64,000 nt of DNA, from the NCBI GenBank assembly GCA_016183535.1, contig JACPEK010000004.1:8592-72591 (forward strand), in the 5' to 3' direction. This document shows positions 53,171 to 63,310 of this stretch, one piece after another (the stretch's first letter is position 1; every line of letters begins with the position of its first letter). The DNA is from Candidatus Brennerbacteria bacterium (GTDB lineage: Bacteria > Patescibacteriota > Minisyncoccia > UBA6257 > GWB1-50-10). The translations under genes were made by a program, and so were the position numbers. The notes under the pieces were generated by a model, which searched no databases, had not been told where the DNA came from, and was given only the letters and a program-made list of their open reading frames with translations.

Positions 53171-53971
53171 ATGGGACGAAGATTGGGCCAACACTTTTTG
53201 AACGACAAGAAAATCCTCGCGGCAATCGCTCGTGAGGCGTTGTCGGCCAACAACTGCATTATTGAGATCGGCCCGGGGCACGGGGAACTGACGGAACAGC
53301 TTTTAACTTTGAGCGGCGAGCTTCAAGTGGTAGCGATAGAAAAGGACGGCGAACTCATTCCCCACCTTTCGTCCCTTCAAACCAAGTATAAAAACCTTGA
53401 AATTATCCAAGGAGATGTGCGAGAAATTCTCCCGGAATTAACTAAAAGCTCAAAGTTAAAAACTAAAAACTGTACCATCGTCGGCAACATTCCCTACTAC
53501 CTCACCGGCTATCTTCTTCGCCTCATCGGAAAACTTGCGATAAGCGACCCGAAACTGATAACAAGAGTGGTGGTGGTGATTCAGAAAGAGGTTGCCGAGC
53601 GGGTGTGCGCCGTTGCGCCACACGCCAATCTGCTCTCATCCATAATCCGCGGCTGGGCGGAACCTATGATTGGATTCGCGATTCCGCGAAGCGCGTTTTC
53701 GCCGCCGCCGAAAGTTGATTCGGCGCTCCTCACGCTCGTCTCGAATGGGCGCGTACCGGAGCGTACGCGTTCTCGCTACTTCGAGATGGTAAGAATAGTT
53801 TTCACGCACCCGCGAAAAACGCTTGCGAACAATCTCGCGCACGGATTCGCGCTCACACGCGCGCGCGCGGAGCGGATTGTCGCTGACCTTGGTCTCCCGC
53901 GGGAAGCGCGCGGCGCGCTTCTCACCCCCGCCCACCTCATCACACTCGCCGAAACGTTGTATGATAAGTAA
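53171..53971 (+). CDS. rsmA: 16S rRNA (adenine1518/1519-N6)-dimethyltransferase RsmA/KsgA
   Basis: GQHFL…EIGPGxGxLT…NIPY motifs. It contains an in-frame A-rich insertion (…TKSSKLKTKN…). Confidence 0.93.
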   Translation: MGRRLGQHFLNDKKILAAIAREALSANNCIIEIGPGHGELTEQLLTLSGELQVVAIEKDGELIPHLSSLQTKYKNLEIIQGDVREILPELTKSSKLKTKNCTIVGNIPYYLTGYLLRLIGKLAISDPKLITRVVVVIQKEVAERVCAVAPHANLLSSIIRGWAEPMIGFAIPRSAFSPPPKVDSALLTLVSNGRVPERTRSRYFEMVRIVFTHPRKTLANNLAHGFALTRARAERIVADLGLPREARGALLTPAHLITLAETLYDK

Positions 53972-53974
53972 CAC

Positions 53975-54601
53975 ATGAAACATCGTGGAAAAATACTCGC
54001 GGCGCTCGTGATAACGCTCGTCGCGTTTCCGCTCCCCACCGATGCGATTTCGCTTTTCTCTCCGTTCGGCGGGAAAGTGAAGAGTTGGAACCTCTCCTGC
54101 ATCAAGGAAATCACGCTTCCGGTGCTCGTCGCCACCGCGTTTTCTACGCTCGTCACGGTTGAAAAAATAGAGGTCGGGGAACCCTCCGAAACGACCGCCG
54201 GCCTCCTCCGCATAGATCTCGTGCCGATCCCAAATCCTAATGTGGTGAAAAGGAATTTTGGCTACTTTGTGCCGGGCACCAACGTGCTCGGAAATTCCAT
54301 CAATCTCTGTGACGTTTGTAAAAAAATAAAAGACGCCGGGGAAACGCTGGGAGGCCCCGCGAAAGAAATAGGTGAAAAATTTTGTAAATCGATCCCTGCG
54401 GTGGGAGAATTTCTCGACGTAATCTGCTCGGTTAGTTCTAAAGAATGCCCCGTTACTAATCTCGTCTATCAAATCGGGTCCGGTTCCCCCATCGGCGGCA
54501 TCGTGGAAGGCACCGCGTCAAATATTATTTCTTACGTGTGCACCTCGGTTGCCGATGCGGTGCCGCTTGTGGGAAGTTTCTTAAAAGAACTTTGCCCTTA
54601 G
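53975..54601 (+). CDS. Cysteine-rich secreted protein, unknown function (first gene of the T4SS-like cluster)
   Basis: 208 aa with a signal peptide (MKHRGKILAALVITLVAFPLPTDA) and about 11 Cys in the mature part (CDVCKK, KFCKS, VICSVSSKECP…). Confidence 0.5.
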   Translation: MKHRGKILAALVITLVAFPLPTDAISLFSPFGGKVKSWNLSCIKEITLPVLVATAFSTLVTVEKIEVGEPSETTAGLLRIDLVPIPNPNVVKRNFGYFVPGTNVLGNSINLCDVCKKIKDAGETLGGPAKEIGEKFCKSIPAVGEFLDVICSVSSKECPVTNLVYQIGSGSPIGGIVEGTASNIISYVCTSVADAVPLVGSFLKELCP

Positions 54602-54651
54602 TTACAAAAAAGAACGGAAATTCGGGCATAAATAGTATATAATGAGAGAAA

Positions 54652-55413
54652 ATGCGGATGTATTTTCATTTTCTTCGTCTGCCACACAAGCGCCGCGCGC
54701 TCCTCGCGGCCGCCATCCTCGCCGCTTCGATCGGTGTGAGCGCCTACTTCGTGGCGTCTTCCGCGCCGAATACTCCTCCGGCGTTTTCGGGGTCGCTAAC
54801 GCCAATAGTTGCGCACGCCGACCCCGCGCCTGAAGCGTCCAACCTCACCCAAGAGTTTACCCGGCAAGCCGTCGAGAAGCTCATCACCGACAACGAACCG
54901 CTCAAGGCGGAAGGCGCGGCACTTGAAGCGTATGCCGTCATCCCCGACGCGCCCGACGTCGCCGTCATCGTTTCAGAACTCATCGACCGCGAGCTTACGA
55001 CCGAACAACTCAAAACATCCGACCTCCTGACGCATGAATCGAACTCGAAAGAGATTCAGCTCGCCTACCTCTTTTTTATAAATGAAATTCTTGAAACGCA
55101 GGGGGGTGAAATGCCGGCGCTCGGCGCGGGTTCTCTCGCCACATACTTCACCGACACCGCGGCGAAGCTCCATGAAACCGCGGAGATTTTGAAAGCGGTG
55201 AAGACTCCTTCTTCTTGGCTCCCTCTCCACCGCGATCTCGTCGCATTCTTCCTCCGGCAGGGAAATATTTATCGCTCCCTCGGCGCGGCGAACACGGATC
55301 CGCTCCGGTTTATGATCGCGGCAACGCGCCTTCTTCCCGCCGAAACCGAGCGCGAGTTTCAAAAACTGCAGGCGACGATCGATCAAAAAATAAAGGATGA
55401 AAAGCTCATCTAG
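54652..55413 (+). CDS. Membrane-anchored or secreted helical protein, unknown function
   Basis: 253 aa with an N-terminal hydrophobic anchor. It overlaps the next gene by 17 nt. Confidence 0.5.
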   Translation: MRMYFHFLRLPHKRRALLAAAILAASIGVSAYFVASSAPNTPPAFSGSLTPIVAHADPAPEASNLTQEFTRQAVEKLITDNEPLKAEGAALEAYAVIPDAPDVAVIVSELIDRELTTEQLKTSDLLTHESNSKEIQLAYLFFINEILETQGGEMPALGAGSLATYFTDTAAKLHETAEILKAVKTPSSWLPLHRDLVAFFLRQGNIYRSLGAANTDPLRFMIAATRLLPAETEREFQKLQATIDQKIKDEKLI

Positions 55414-57103
55414 ACCCACTCTTGCCGCCGCGCTTATTTTTTCAATCGCTTCAAGCGGGATCGTATGGCCCGCGCCCGTGGCACGCGCCGCGTGCACCTC
55501 ATGGGAGCTCGTTTGGACCGCGACGCCTCCCGAACTTGAGATTCTAAATCCGGGTGATCGCATAGAACCTCCCTACTACGGCGGCCTCAATCCGGTAACT
55601 GCGGAGTCGTCTCCCGCCGCGCCAAACCTCCCCACGGGGAGCGAGGGAGAGTGGCGATGCATCAAGCAAGCCGCCGAACCGCCGGACTCTTCTCGTACGG
55701 AGGAAGAAAAAGCGCGGCCGGTCGGCATGGAACTCTGCGACCGCGCGGCGAAGCTCGCCGCGCGCCTCGGCGGACTCACCGCATTCAATCTCGACATAAA
55801 GGCGCAGATACAGACCGAGGCTTTGAACCGCATCAAAGATTATATGGGTGAGCAATTTAAAGACGCGACGGGCGTCAATCTTAATCTCAATGATCTCAAA
55901 AAGACGGCGTTCGACGCGGCGGGGAAATTTGCCAGCGATTTTGGAAAGGATTTGTGGGACAACAGCGGACTCAAGAAAGAGATAGATGATAAGATAAAGG
56001 CGATCGAGAAGGCGGGGATTGAAAAACTCAAGGAGCTTGGCGGAAAAGCCGCAGAGAAAGCTCTCGACACCGCAAAAGGCATCTTGAGCACCGAAGTGCC
56101 GATAACCGACCCCGAAGGGAATCGCCAGCGGGAAGAACTTAAAGACAAGCAGGATCGGTTGATTACCGAGCAAAAAATTGCGGAACTAAACGCCGACACG
56201 CGCCAGAAATGCGCCGAACTCCTCAAGACCACGAACGAGTCTATTAAGCGCGCACTCCTTTACCAACTCTCGACGCAGGTCGTCGAGTGGATCCAAACCG
56301 GCAAAACCCCGCAGTTTGTGAAACAGCCGGGTGTGTTTCTTGAGGAGAGCGGACGCCTCGCGCTCGACCGCTTCATCTCGCGCACCGCGCCGCGTCTTTG
56401 CCAGTCGTTCCGCACAAAAATCCAGCTCGAGATCCCGAGCGTCGCGAAGCGGGACAATCCCTTCTACGAAGAAATTACCTGTTCGCTCGACCGGGTGGTG
56501 AAAAACGCCGACAATTTCTACCAGGACTTCCGCAAAGGAGGATGGATCGCGTACTCGGAATCGCTCAAACCGAAGAACAATTACTTCGGCGCGTCGCTTA
56601 TGGCGCAGGATCAGGCGCTCGAGGAAGCGGCGCGCGCCAAGGAAGAAGCGGCGCGCGATATCGCCGCCGGGCGTGGCTACCGAAGTCAGCGGCAGTGCGT
56701 CGAGTGGGCAAAATACGAGCTCAAGCGGACGCCCGACCCTTTCATGTTGAGCGACACGCTTTCCGTCGGGAGCACTTTCTATGCGCGTACCGAGACGAGG
56801 ACGGGTACCACCAAGGAGGGAACGCCGCCCGGGGCGGAAGGATATACCAACACGAAAGGCGACCAAAAGTTCTGGGCCGCCGACGGTTTGTCGTTCTGGC
56901 AGTGCGAGCGCGACGAGATCACAAACCCCGGCACGGTCGCGGCAGGGCTTTCCGAAAAAGTCGCGCAATCGGACTTCGAGAGTCTCGCAAACGCCGACGA
57001 CGCATCGGTACTCCTCCAGACGATTGAGGACGCCATCGTGAACAAGCTCGCGAAATCCGGCGTGAAAGGCCTCAAGTCGCTCCTCCCCAAGGTATTCGAA
57101 TGA
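55397..57103 (+). CDS. Large secreted protein with coiled-coil region (candidate T4SS-associated extracellular component)
   Basis: 568 aa with a signal peptide (…ASSGIVWPAPVARAAC) and a Lys/Glu-rich helical middle. It overlaps the VirB6-like gene start. Confidence 0.5.
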   Translation: MKSSSRPTLAAALIFSIASSGIVWPAPVARAACTSWELVWTATPPELEILNPGDRIEPPYYGGLNPVTAESSPAAPNLPTGSEGEWRCIKQAAEPPDSSRTEEEKARPVGMELCDRAAKLAARLGGLTAFNLDIKAQIQTEALNRIKDYMGEQFKDATGVNLNLNDLKKTAFDAAGKFASDFGKDLWDNSGLKKEIDDKIKAIEKAGIEKLKELGGKAAEKALDTAKGILSTEVPITDPEGNRQREELKDKQDRLITEQKIAELNADTRQKCAELLKTTNESIKRALLYQLSTQVVEWIQTGKTPQFVKQPGVFLEESGRLALDRFISRTAPRLCQSFRTKIQLEIPSVAKRDNPFYEEITCSLDRVVKNADNFYQDFRKGGWIAYSESLKPKNNYFGASLMAQDQALEEAARAKEEAARDIAAGRGYRSQRQCVEWAKYELKRTPDPFMLSDTLSVGSTFYARTETRTGTTKEGTPPGAEGYTNTKGDQKFWAADGLSFWQCERDEITNPGTVAAGLSEKVAQSDFESLANADDASVLLQTIEDAIVNKLAKSGVKGLKSLLPKVFE

Positions 57104-58896
57104 TAAAGCGCATATTTTCAAACGAAAAATTCCGCGCGATCATGGGCGCCGCCGCCGCGCTCGCGATCCTCTTCTTCGTCATCCCCGAACCCGCGGGCGC
57201 CATCTTCGGCATCGATCTAAGCCCCGCCGGCCTCATCACATTCGCGTTCCGCGCGGTTGCGGCAATCCTTTCCTTCCTCATTGGCATCGCGTACATGATC
57301 GCGAGCTACTTTGTGAACTTCATGCTCCAGATGAACTACGACGTTCTTTCGACCAACAATGGCGTGGTGGACGTCGGATGGCGCATCGTCCGCGACGTGG
57401 CAAACCTCGGATTCGTTCTCGTTATTATTGTCATCGCAATCGCCACTATGCTCCGCATCGAGAGCTACGGCGCGAAAAAACTCCTCGTCCGGCTCATTAT
57501 GGCCGCCGTCATCGTGAACTTCTCGCTCGCGATCGCGGGCGTCTTTATCGACTTTTCCCATGTCCTTACCCGCTTCTTTCTCGAGGGAGGACTTGGCACT
57601 TCGAATGCATTCTCCCTCGCGGACAATCTCGGCGCCGCGTTCAGCCCCCAGCGCTTCACTATCGACTCCGGCGATCCTACGCCGCCCGACCCCTCTGAGC
57701 AGGCCGGCGCGTTCACGGGTTTCGCGACCGCAGTTTTGGTCGGCGTGTCGGGATCTATATTTTCCATCATCTTCATGTTGATCGCGACCTTGGTCGTGGC
57801 CGCCCTCGCTCTCATGCTCCTTATCCGCTATGTCGCGCTTTCCTTTCTTCTTATCTTCTCGCCGCTCGCGTGGCTCTTCTGGATCGTCCCCGCGCTCGAG
57901 AGCCAGTTTCATAAATGGTGGAGTAAATTTTTCCAATGGGTGTTCTTCGCGCCAGCGGTGTCATTCTTTATTTATCTCGCGATCACGAGCGTGAAGGCGC
58001 TCGGTTCAAAACCTCTCTCCGTCATCCCCGGCCTTTCGGGCGCGCTCCAGACGGTGGCGAGTCAGGGAGCGCAGATGGCGGTCCTCGCAGGCATCATGAT
58101 CGGCGGACTCATCGTCGCGCAGAGCATGGGTATCGCGGGTGCGGCGGGCGCGCTCAAACTCGCGAACAGCGCAAAGGCGGGCGCGCTCAAGTGGGCCGGC
58201 AAGAAAGCGGGAGAGGGCGGCACGCTCGCGCTCCGTAGCGAGAGAGGACGCAAGCTTACTTCCCTGATGCAGAAAACTCCCGGATTCCGGACCGCCGGCA
58301 CTTTCCTCGCGAGACAACGCCTCGCATTCGAAAAGAAAGCCGCCGACGAAGCAAAAAAGAAGCTTGGCATCACAAAAGATCTCAAAGAAAAAGCGCTTAT
58401 GTACGGCTCCGCCACCACCTCGAACGCCGAGCGGGTTCAGATCATGGATGACGTTTCGAAGGAACGCAACGCCCGAGTAAAGAAACAACAGTCGGAGCAA
58501 GCGAAGGTAGACGAGAAAGAAAACGAGGTCCGTGATCTCGAGAAACAGCGCGAGGAGGCGCGGTCAAAGGGAGACTTAGAAACCGTCGGGAAGCTCACGT
58601 TGAATATCAACGCCAAGATCGAGGAAAAAAAGAAGATCGAAGGGAGTGAATCTTACACGAAAGCGCGGGAAGCGGTGCGGGAGATTGAGGAGGTGATCGC
58701 GACGCTCCCGCAAGAAGCTCGCGAGGAACTCGCGAAAGCTGGTTACAAGGTAAGCAACACAAAACTCGGGGGGCTCTACGGAAGGGGAGATGCCGTCACG
58801 GCGACCGAGGGAGGATGGGAGAAAGTAAAAGCCGCGGTCAAAGCTGAAGAGGAAACCGGCGCGGCTCCCGAAAAGAAAACAGAGAAAAAGAAATAA
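57100..58896 (+). CDS. VirB6/TrbL-like polytopic membrane protein with charged coiled-coil C-terminal tail
   Basis: 598 aa with at least 6 TM helices in the first 330 aa, followed by a Lys/Glu-rich helical tail. The architecture is typical of Gram-positive-type VirB6 analogues. Confidence 0.55.
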   Translation: MIKRIFSNEKFRAIMGAAAALAILFFVIPEPAGAIFGIDLSPAGLITFAFRAVAAILSFLIGIAYMIASYFVNFMLQMNYDVLSTNNGVVDVGWRIVRDVANLGFVLVIIVIAIATMLRIESYGAKKLLVRLIMAAVIVNFSLAIAGVFIDFSHVLTRFFLEGGLGTSNAFSLADNLGAAFSPQRFTIDSGDPTPPDPSEQAGAFTGFATAVLVGVSGSIFSIIFMLIATLVVAALALMLLIRYVALSFLLIFSPLAWLFWIVPALESQFHKWWSKFFQWVFFAPAVSFFIYLAITSVKALGSKPLSVIPGLSGALQTVASQGAQMAVLAGIMIGGLIVAQSMGIAGAAGALKLANSAKAGALKWAGKKAGEGGTLALRSERGRKLTSLMQKTPGFRTAGTFLARQRLAFEKKAADEAKKKLGITKDLKEKALMYGSATTSNAERVQIMDDVSKERNARVKKQQSEQAKVDEKENEVRDLEKQREEARSKGDLETVGKLTLNINAKIEEKKKIEGSESYTKAREAVREIEEVIATLPQEAREELAKAGYKVSNTKLGGLYGRGDAVTATEGGWEKVKAAVKAEEETGAAPEKKTEKKK

Positions 58897-58908
58897 CCAA
58901 CACCCGCC

Positions 58909-60366
58909 ATGGCATACGACACGCTCGCCGATGATCTCCTCTTGCTCTTCCCCACATGGGAAGAGGGGATATGGGAAGCGCTCCAGAAAAAACAGTACCG
59001 CGCGGCCGCGGAACGCTTCGCGATCCTCGTCCGTTCCATGAACCCCGACGAGCGACGGAGTATCGCGTGGGGCACCACGATCCGCGGCGTGCCCGCGGCG
59101 CGGGGGGCGGTAACCGAATCGGAATGGGAACGCGAGGTCCGACCATTCCTCATCAGAGAATTCCTCGAAATCGCCACGGGGCGGATCGTAGCCGACGTCC
59201 TGAACGGTTTTGATCCGCAAGATCGAATTTTGATCTTTAAAACGTTCATAACCGCCATCCCCGGCGGAAGTCCGGAAGAAAAACAACAGTGGCTCGCGCG
59301 CCAAAAATCCACCTCGGCGTCCTATTTCCTCGCGACACCGGCGCAAATCTTCGATCCGTCGGCGCCCGGAACAGATCGCGAAATTTCTCCCGACCTCGCC
59401 GTGAAAAAATTCCTCTCGCTCACAAACACGCTCCAGCGCATCATTTTTACTTACGACACGGCGGAAACCATCCATCGCGCCGCAACGGAAAATCTCCTCG
59501 ATGCCGCGAAAACCCGCGCCGTGGCGCGCGTAGCGGGTCGCGTGCTCGTCGGGTTCGAGGCTCCGCACCACATCGCTAAAACGATCGGAAACGAGGCCAT
59601 CCTCGACGAAAAAACCTCGGAAACGCTCGCGCGGGAATTCCGTTCGCGGATTTTCGCGCCTATTTTCTCCGATCTCGAAGAGGCGTATGAACCGCCAGAG
59701 GATTTTAACGAAACGGCGAAAAAAATTTTTGAGGGGTCGACGGTTGAAGCGAACGTTCCGTCGTTCGCTGAATTTCACCGGAACCCGCCGTCGTCTCCCT
59801 TGTTCCAAATTCCCATCGCGCGCGGCGAAAACACATTCCCCGCGAAAGACACGAAGCAAGCCGCACCCGCGCCTTTCGTCCTCCACGATGAGCGCCCTTT
59901 CGCGGACGCGGCAAAAAAAGAATCCATGAAAGGTTTTTCTTTGCCGTTCGGTCTTTTTAAACCGAAATCCGCTCCCTTCGGAGCGGTGCCTAAGGCGACC
60001 GTGGAAGCGCCCGCTTCCGTCTCCGCTTTCACAAAAACCCCGGAGAATAAAGAAGAAAAAAAGGTGGTGCACTACAGCGAATACCGCACCGATTCCTTGT
60101 CTGAAACCGAGGGCGAGGTTATCAATCTTGAGACCTTCGGACGGGTACGAATGAACACGGATGGAACCGCAAATACCGCAAATACTCCAGCGGTGACGCC
60201 TCCGTCTCCGCCACCAATTACAATCAGCACCGATGAGCACGACGGGTCGGGTATGACTCCTCCATCGAATATAACGATCAAAAAATCGGAGGTGCCGCTT
60301 CCCAATCCGCCGCCTTCACCAGGAAACGCGCCTGCCCTAGAAGGAAATATTGTTGACCTTCGGTAG
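58909..60366 (+). CDS. Hypothetical protein with Pro/Thr-rich C-terminus
   Basis: 485 aa with no TM helix. It is embedded in the cluster between the VirB6-like and VirB3-like genes and overlaps the next gene. Confidence 0.45.
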   Translation: MAYDTLADDLLLLFPTWEEGIWEALQKKQYRAAAERFAILVRSMNPDERRSIAWGTTIRGVPAARGAVTESEWEREVRPFLIREFLEIATGRIVADVLNGFDPQDRILIFKTFITAIPGGSPEEKQQWLARQKSTSASYFLATPAQIFDPSAPGTDREISPDLAVKKFLSLTNTLQRIIFTYDTAETIHRAATENLLDAAKTRAVARVAGRVLVGFEAPHHIAKTIGNEAILDEKTSETLAREFRSRIFAPIFSDLEEAYEPPEDFNETAKKIFEGSTVEANVPSFAEFHRNPPSSPLFQIPIARGENTFPAKDTKQAAPAPFVLHDERPFADAAKKESMKGFSLPFGLFKPKSAPFGAVPKATVEAPASVSAFTKTPENKEEKKVVHYSEYRTDSLSETEGEVINLETFGRVRMNTDGTANTANTPAVTPPSPPPITISTDEHDGSGMTPPSNITIKKSEVPLPNPPPSPGNAPALEGNIVDLR

Positions 60367-60868
60367 TATGGCGACCTTCCAGATTCCACAATTCATTGAG
60401 CAACAACCGAAGGTGGTCGGGTTTCTCACGCTCCCGCAGTTCCTCTATCTCGCCACCGCGGGGGGGATAAGCTTCGCCGCATTTTACGTGTTCACGTTCC
60501 TACTCTGGCTTTTTGTGAGTGTGGTGGTCGTCGCGGCCGGCATCGCGCTCGCCTTCATAAAAGTGAACGGTCAGCCGCTCCCCGCGGTGCTTCGCGCCGC
60601 GCTCTCCTATTATTGGAAACCGCGCACATACGTATGGTCCCGCGCGCTTCAGGAGGAAACGCTCGATCTCTCGCAGATTGAGAAAATAGAAGCGCTCCGG
60701 AGACGGATGGGAATCGAAGAAAAATTAAAAAATCTCGCTCTTCAGGTAACGACAGGGAAGATTTTTTCGCGGCGCGGAAACGCTACGAACCCGCGCGCGC
60801 GCTACCAAACCGTCACCTACCTCACGGGAGAAAAAAAAGTCGCGCGGCGCGTGGATTACGGAGCGTAA
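60350..60868 (+). CDS. VirB3-like / PrgI-TcpE-like two-TM small membrane protein
   Basis: 172 aa with two adjacent TM helices near the N-terminus. It sits immediately upstream of the VirB4-like ATPase, as in Tn916 orf17 and Tcp systems. Confidence 0.5.
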   Translation: MLTFGSMATFQIPQFIEQQPKVVGFLTLPQFLYLATAGGISFAAFYVFTFLLWLFVSVVVVAAGIALAFIKVNGQPLPAVLRAALSYYWKPRTYVWSRALQEETLDLSQIEKIEALRRRMGIEEKLKNLALQVTTGKIFSRRGNATNPRARYQTVTYLTGEKKVARRVDYGA

Positions 60869-60886
60869 TCAGGGTAAACTCTACTT

Positions 60887-61528
60887 ATGCCAAAAGAAGC
60901 GACCGCACCGACGCAACAACTTGTCGCCGTCAAGGAAATTCGCGACGGAGTCGTGTACCTCAAGCGGGGCGGGGTGCGCCGCGTGCTTATGGTGAGCGGC
61001 ATCAATTTCGAGCTGAAATCCGAGGAAGAGCAAAACCTCATTCTTGGAAGCTTCCGGAATTTTCTCAATACGCTCGATTTTTCCGTCCAGTTCTTCATCC
61101 ATTCACGGAAGGTGAATGTGGCTCCTTATCTCGCCTCGCTCCGCGCCCGCATGGAGGAAGAACCAAACGAGCTTCTCAAGATTCAGATCGGCGAATACGC
61201 CGAATTCATTCGTGCCTTTGTGGAAGAAAATGCCATTATCGCCAAAACATTCTTCGTCATTGTGCCGTATGAACCGGCGATTTCCGAAAAAACACGGGGA
61301 GGCATCATGTCTCTCTTTAAAAAAGCAATTCCTGTGGAAACCTTGCGCGGAGAGAGTGTCCAAGAGATGCTCTCCCAACTCGAGCGACGCGCGAATCAAG
61401 TAATCGACGGCCTCTCCCAAACAGGACTCCGCGTAACGCCGCTCGAGAACGATGCGCTCGTGGAACTTTTCTATAATCTCTACAATCCGGAATTCACCGA
61501 AAAGAAAAAAGGCGCGGAACAGCGCTAA
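60887..61528 (+). CDS. VirB4-like conjugal-transfer ATPase, N-terminal fragment or subunit
   Basis: 213 aa. …IRDGVVYLKRGGVRRVLMVSGINFELKSEEEQ…LDFSVQFFIHSRKV… resembles the N-terminal domain of Gram-positive VirB4 homologues (Tn916 Orf16/TcpF-like). Confidence 0.6.
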   Translation: MPKEATAPTQQLVAVKEIRDGVVYLKRGGVRRVLMVSGINFELKSEEEQNLILGSFRNFLNTLDFSVQFFIHSRKVNVAPYLASLRARMEEEPNELLKIQIGEYAEFIRAFVEENAIIAKTFFVIVPYEPAISEKTRGGIMSLFKKAIPVETLRGESVQEMLSQLERRANQVIDGLSQTGLRVTPLENDALVELFYNLYNPEFTEKKKGAEQR

Positions 61529-61554
61529 AGAAAGCTTCCGGCAATTTTTCTCCC

Positions 61555-63306
61555 ATGGAACAAGAAATTAAAAAATCCCATGAAGTGTCTCCCGAGGACA
61601 TTGGTAACATCATTGCGCCCGCCGGCGTTGAGGTGTCCTCGCACCATCTGAAACTCGGCGATTACTACGCCAAAACGCTTTTTCTCTTCGCCTATCCGCG
61701 CTACCTTCCGAGCGGATGGTTTTCTTCTTTGGTCAACCTCCCGGAGATGCTCGATGTTTCCATTTTTGTCCATCCGACCGACACCTCGCTCGCGCTTAAA
61801 AAGCTTCGAAAAAAAGTGGCGCAGGTGCAGGCGGAAATGATGGAGCGGGAAGAAAAAGGACTTGTGCGCGATCCTGTTCTCGAAACCGCGTATCAAGACG
61901 TGGAAAGTCTCCGCGACACGCTTCAGCAGGCCCAGGAAAAACTCTTCAAAGTGGGCGCGTATCTCACTATTTACGGGAAATCTCTCGAAGAACTCGCGAA
62001 ACTTGAGGATAAAGTGCAATCACTCCTCGAGGCGCGACTGGTGAACATAAAATCGGCGCTCTTCCGCCAGGACGAAGCGTTTCTCTCGGTACTTCCTGCG
62101 GGAAACGATTTACTCGCCGTTATCGCTCCCATGAATTCCGGCCCCGCGTCGTCTTTTTTTCCTTTCGTCTCACCCGATCTCACCTCCGACCGCGGTATCC
62201 TCTACGGCGTAAATCTCCACAATCAGTCGCTCGTGATTTTCGATCGATTTTCGCTCGAGAACGCGAACGAGGTGGTCTTCGCAAAATCGGGCGCCGGAAA
62301 GTCCTACGCGACAAAGCTCGAGGTTCTCCGGTCTATGATGCTCAACACCGACGTCATCGTGATTGATCCCGAAAACGAGTACCAAAACCTCGCGAACGCG
62401 GTGGGGGGGAGTTATTTCAAAATTTCGCTCACGTCTCCAAACCATGTGAATCCCTTCGATATTCCCCTCATTCCGGAGGGTGAAGAGCCGGCGGACGTGT
62501 TCAAATCGCACGTATTAAACCTCACGGGACTCGTGAAACTCATGCTCGGGTCCATAACCGCGGAGGAAGATGCGCTTCTCGACCGCGCGATCACGGAAAC
62601 TTACGCCTCGCGCGATATCACCGCGGAAAATTTCGGAACCACGCAGACGTTGAATCCTCCACTCCTCGAAGACCTCCAGACGATCCTCTCTTCGACCGAA
62701 GGAGGTCGCGGCATCGCCACGCGCCTCGAGAAATTCGTGCACGGTTCGTACGCCGGCTTCACGAACGCTCCCACGAACGTAGACGTGAAGAACCGCCTTA
62801 TTATCTTCTCGATCCGTGATCTCGAGGAAGAACTCCGCCCCATCGCGATGTACATCGTGCTGAACTTCGTGTGGAACCTCGTGCGCTCAAAACTCAAGCG
62901 CCGTCTCCTCGTGATCGATGAGGCGTGGTGGATGATGAAGTACAAAGATTCTGCGTCGTTCCTTTTTGGCCTTGTAAAGCGCGCGCGAAAATATTACCTC
63001 GGCGTTACCACTATCACGCAGGATGTCGAGGATTTCCTTCACTCCGAATACGGGCGGCCCATTGTGACGAACTCCTCGATCCAGCTTCTCATGAAACAGT
63101 CCCCTGCCTCGATCGGAGCGGTTGCCTCGGCGTTCGACCTCACGGAGGGCGAAAAGCTACTTCTCCTTGAGGCGGGGGTGGGGGAGGGCCTCTTCTTCGC
63201 GGGACTGAAACACGCCGCGATAAAAGTCATCGCCTCCTACACCGAGGATCAAATTATCACCACCAACCCCGAACAAATGCTCGAGATCAAAGGACTTAAA
63301 GTATAA
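61555..63306 (+). CDS. VirB4-like conjugal-transfer ATPase, C-terminal fragment or subunit (Walker A/B)
   Basis: 583 aa. …IIAPAGVEVSSHHLKLGDYYAKTLFLFAYPRYL… is a VirB4 signature segment. It has Walker A FAKSGAGKSY and Walker B LLVIDEAWWMM. It is in a different frame from the N-terminal ORF, with a 27-nt gap. Confidence 0.8.
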   Translation: MEQEIKKSHEVSPEDIGNIIAPAGVEVSSHHLKLGDYYAKTLFLFAYPRYLPSGWFSSLVNLPEMLDVSIFVHPTDTSLALKKLRKKVAQVQAEMMEREEKGLVRDPVLETAYQDVESLRDTLQQAQEKLFKVGAYLTIYGKSLEELAKLEDKVQSLLEARLVNIKSALFRQDEAFLSVLPAGNDLLAVIAPMNSGPASSFFPFVSPDLTSDRGILYGVNLHNQSLVIFDRFSLENANEVVFAKSGAGKSYATKLEVLRSMMLNTDVIVIDPENEYQNLANAVGGSYFKISLTSPNHVNPFDIPLIPEGEEPADVFKSHVLNLTGLVKLMLGSITAEEDALLDRAITETYASRDITAENFGTTQTLNPPLLEDLQTILSSTEGGRGIATRLEKFVHGSYAGFTNAPTNVDVKNRLIIFSIRDLEEELRPIAMYIVLNFVWNLVRSKLKRRLLVIDEAWWMMKYKDSASFLFGLVKRARKYYLGVTTITQDVEDFLHSEYGRPIVTNSSIQLLMKQSPASIGAVASAFDLTEGEKLLLLEAGVGEGLFFAGLKHAAIKVIASYTEDQIITTNPEQMLEIKGLKV

Positions 63307-63310
63307 CAAC

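Noticed and set aside
55397-57103. CHAP/NlpC-P60 peptidoglycan hydrolase assignment for the 568-aa secreted protein (based on a …RQCVEWAKYE… segment)
   Set aside because: Only a single Cys-containing segment resembles the CHAP catalytic-Cys region. No matching downstream His motif could be seen, so the evidence is insufficient without a profile search.
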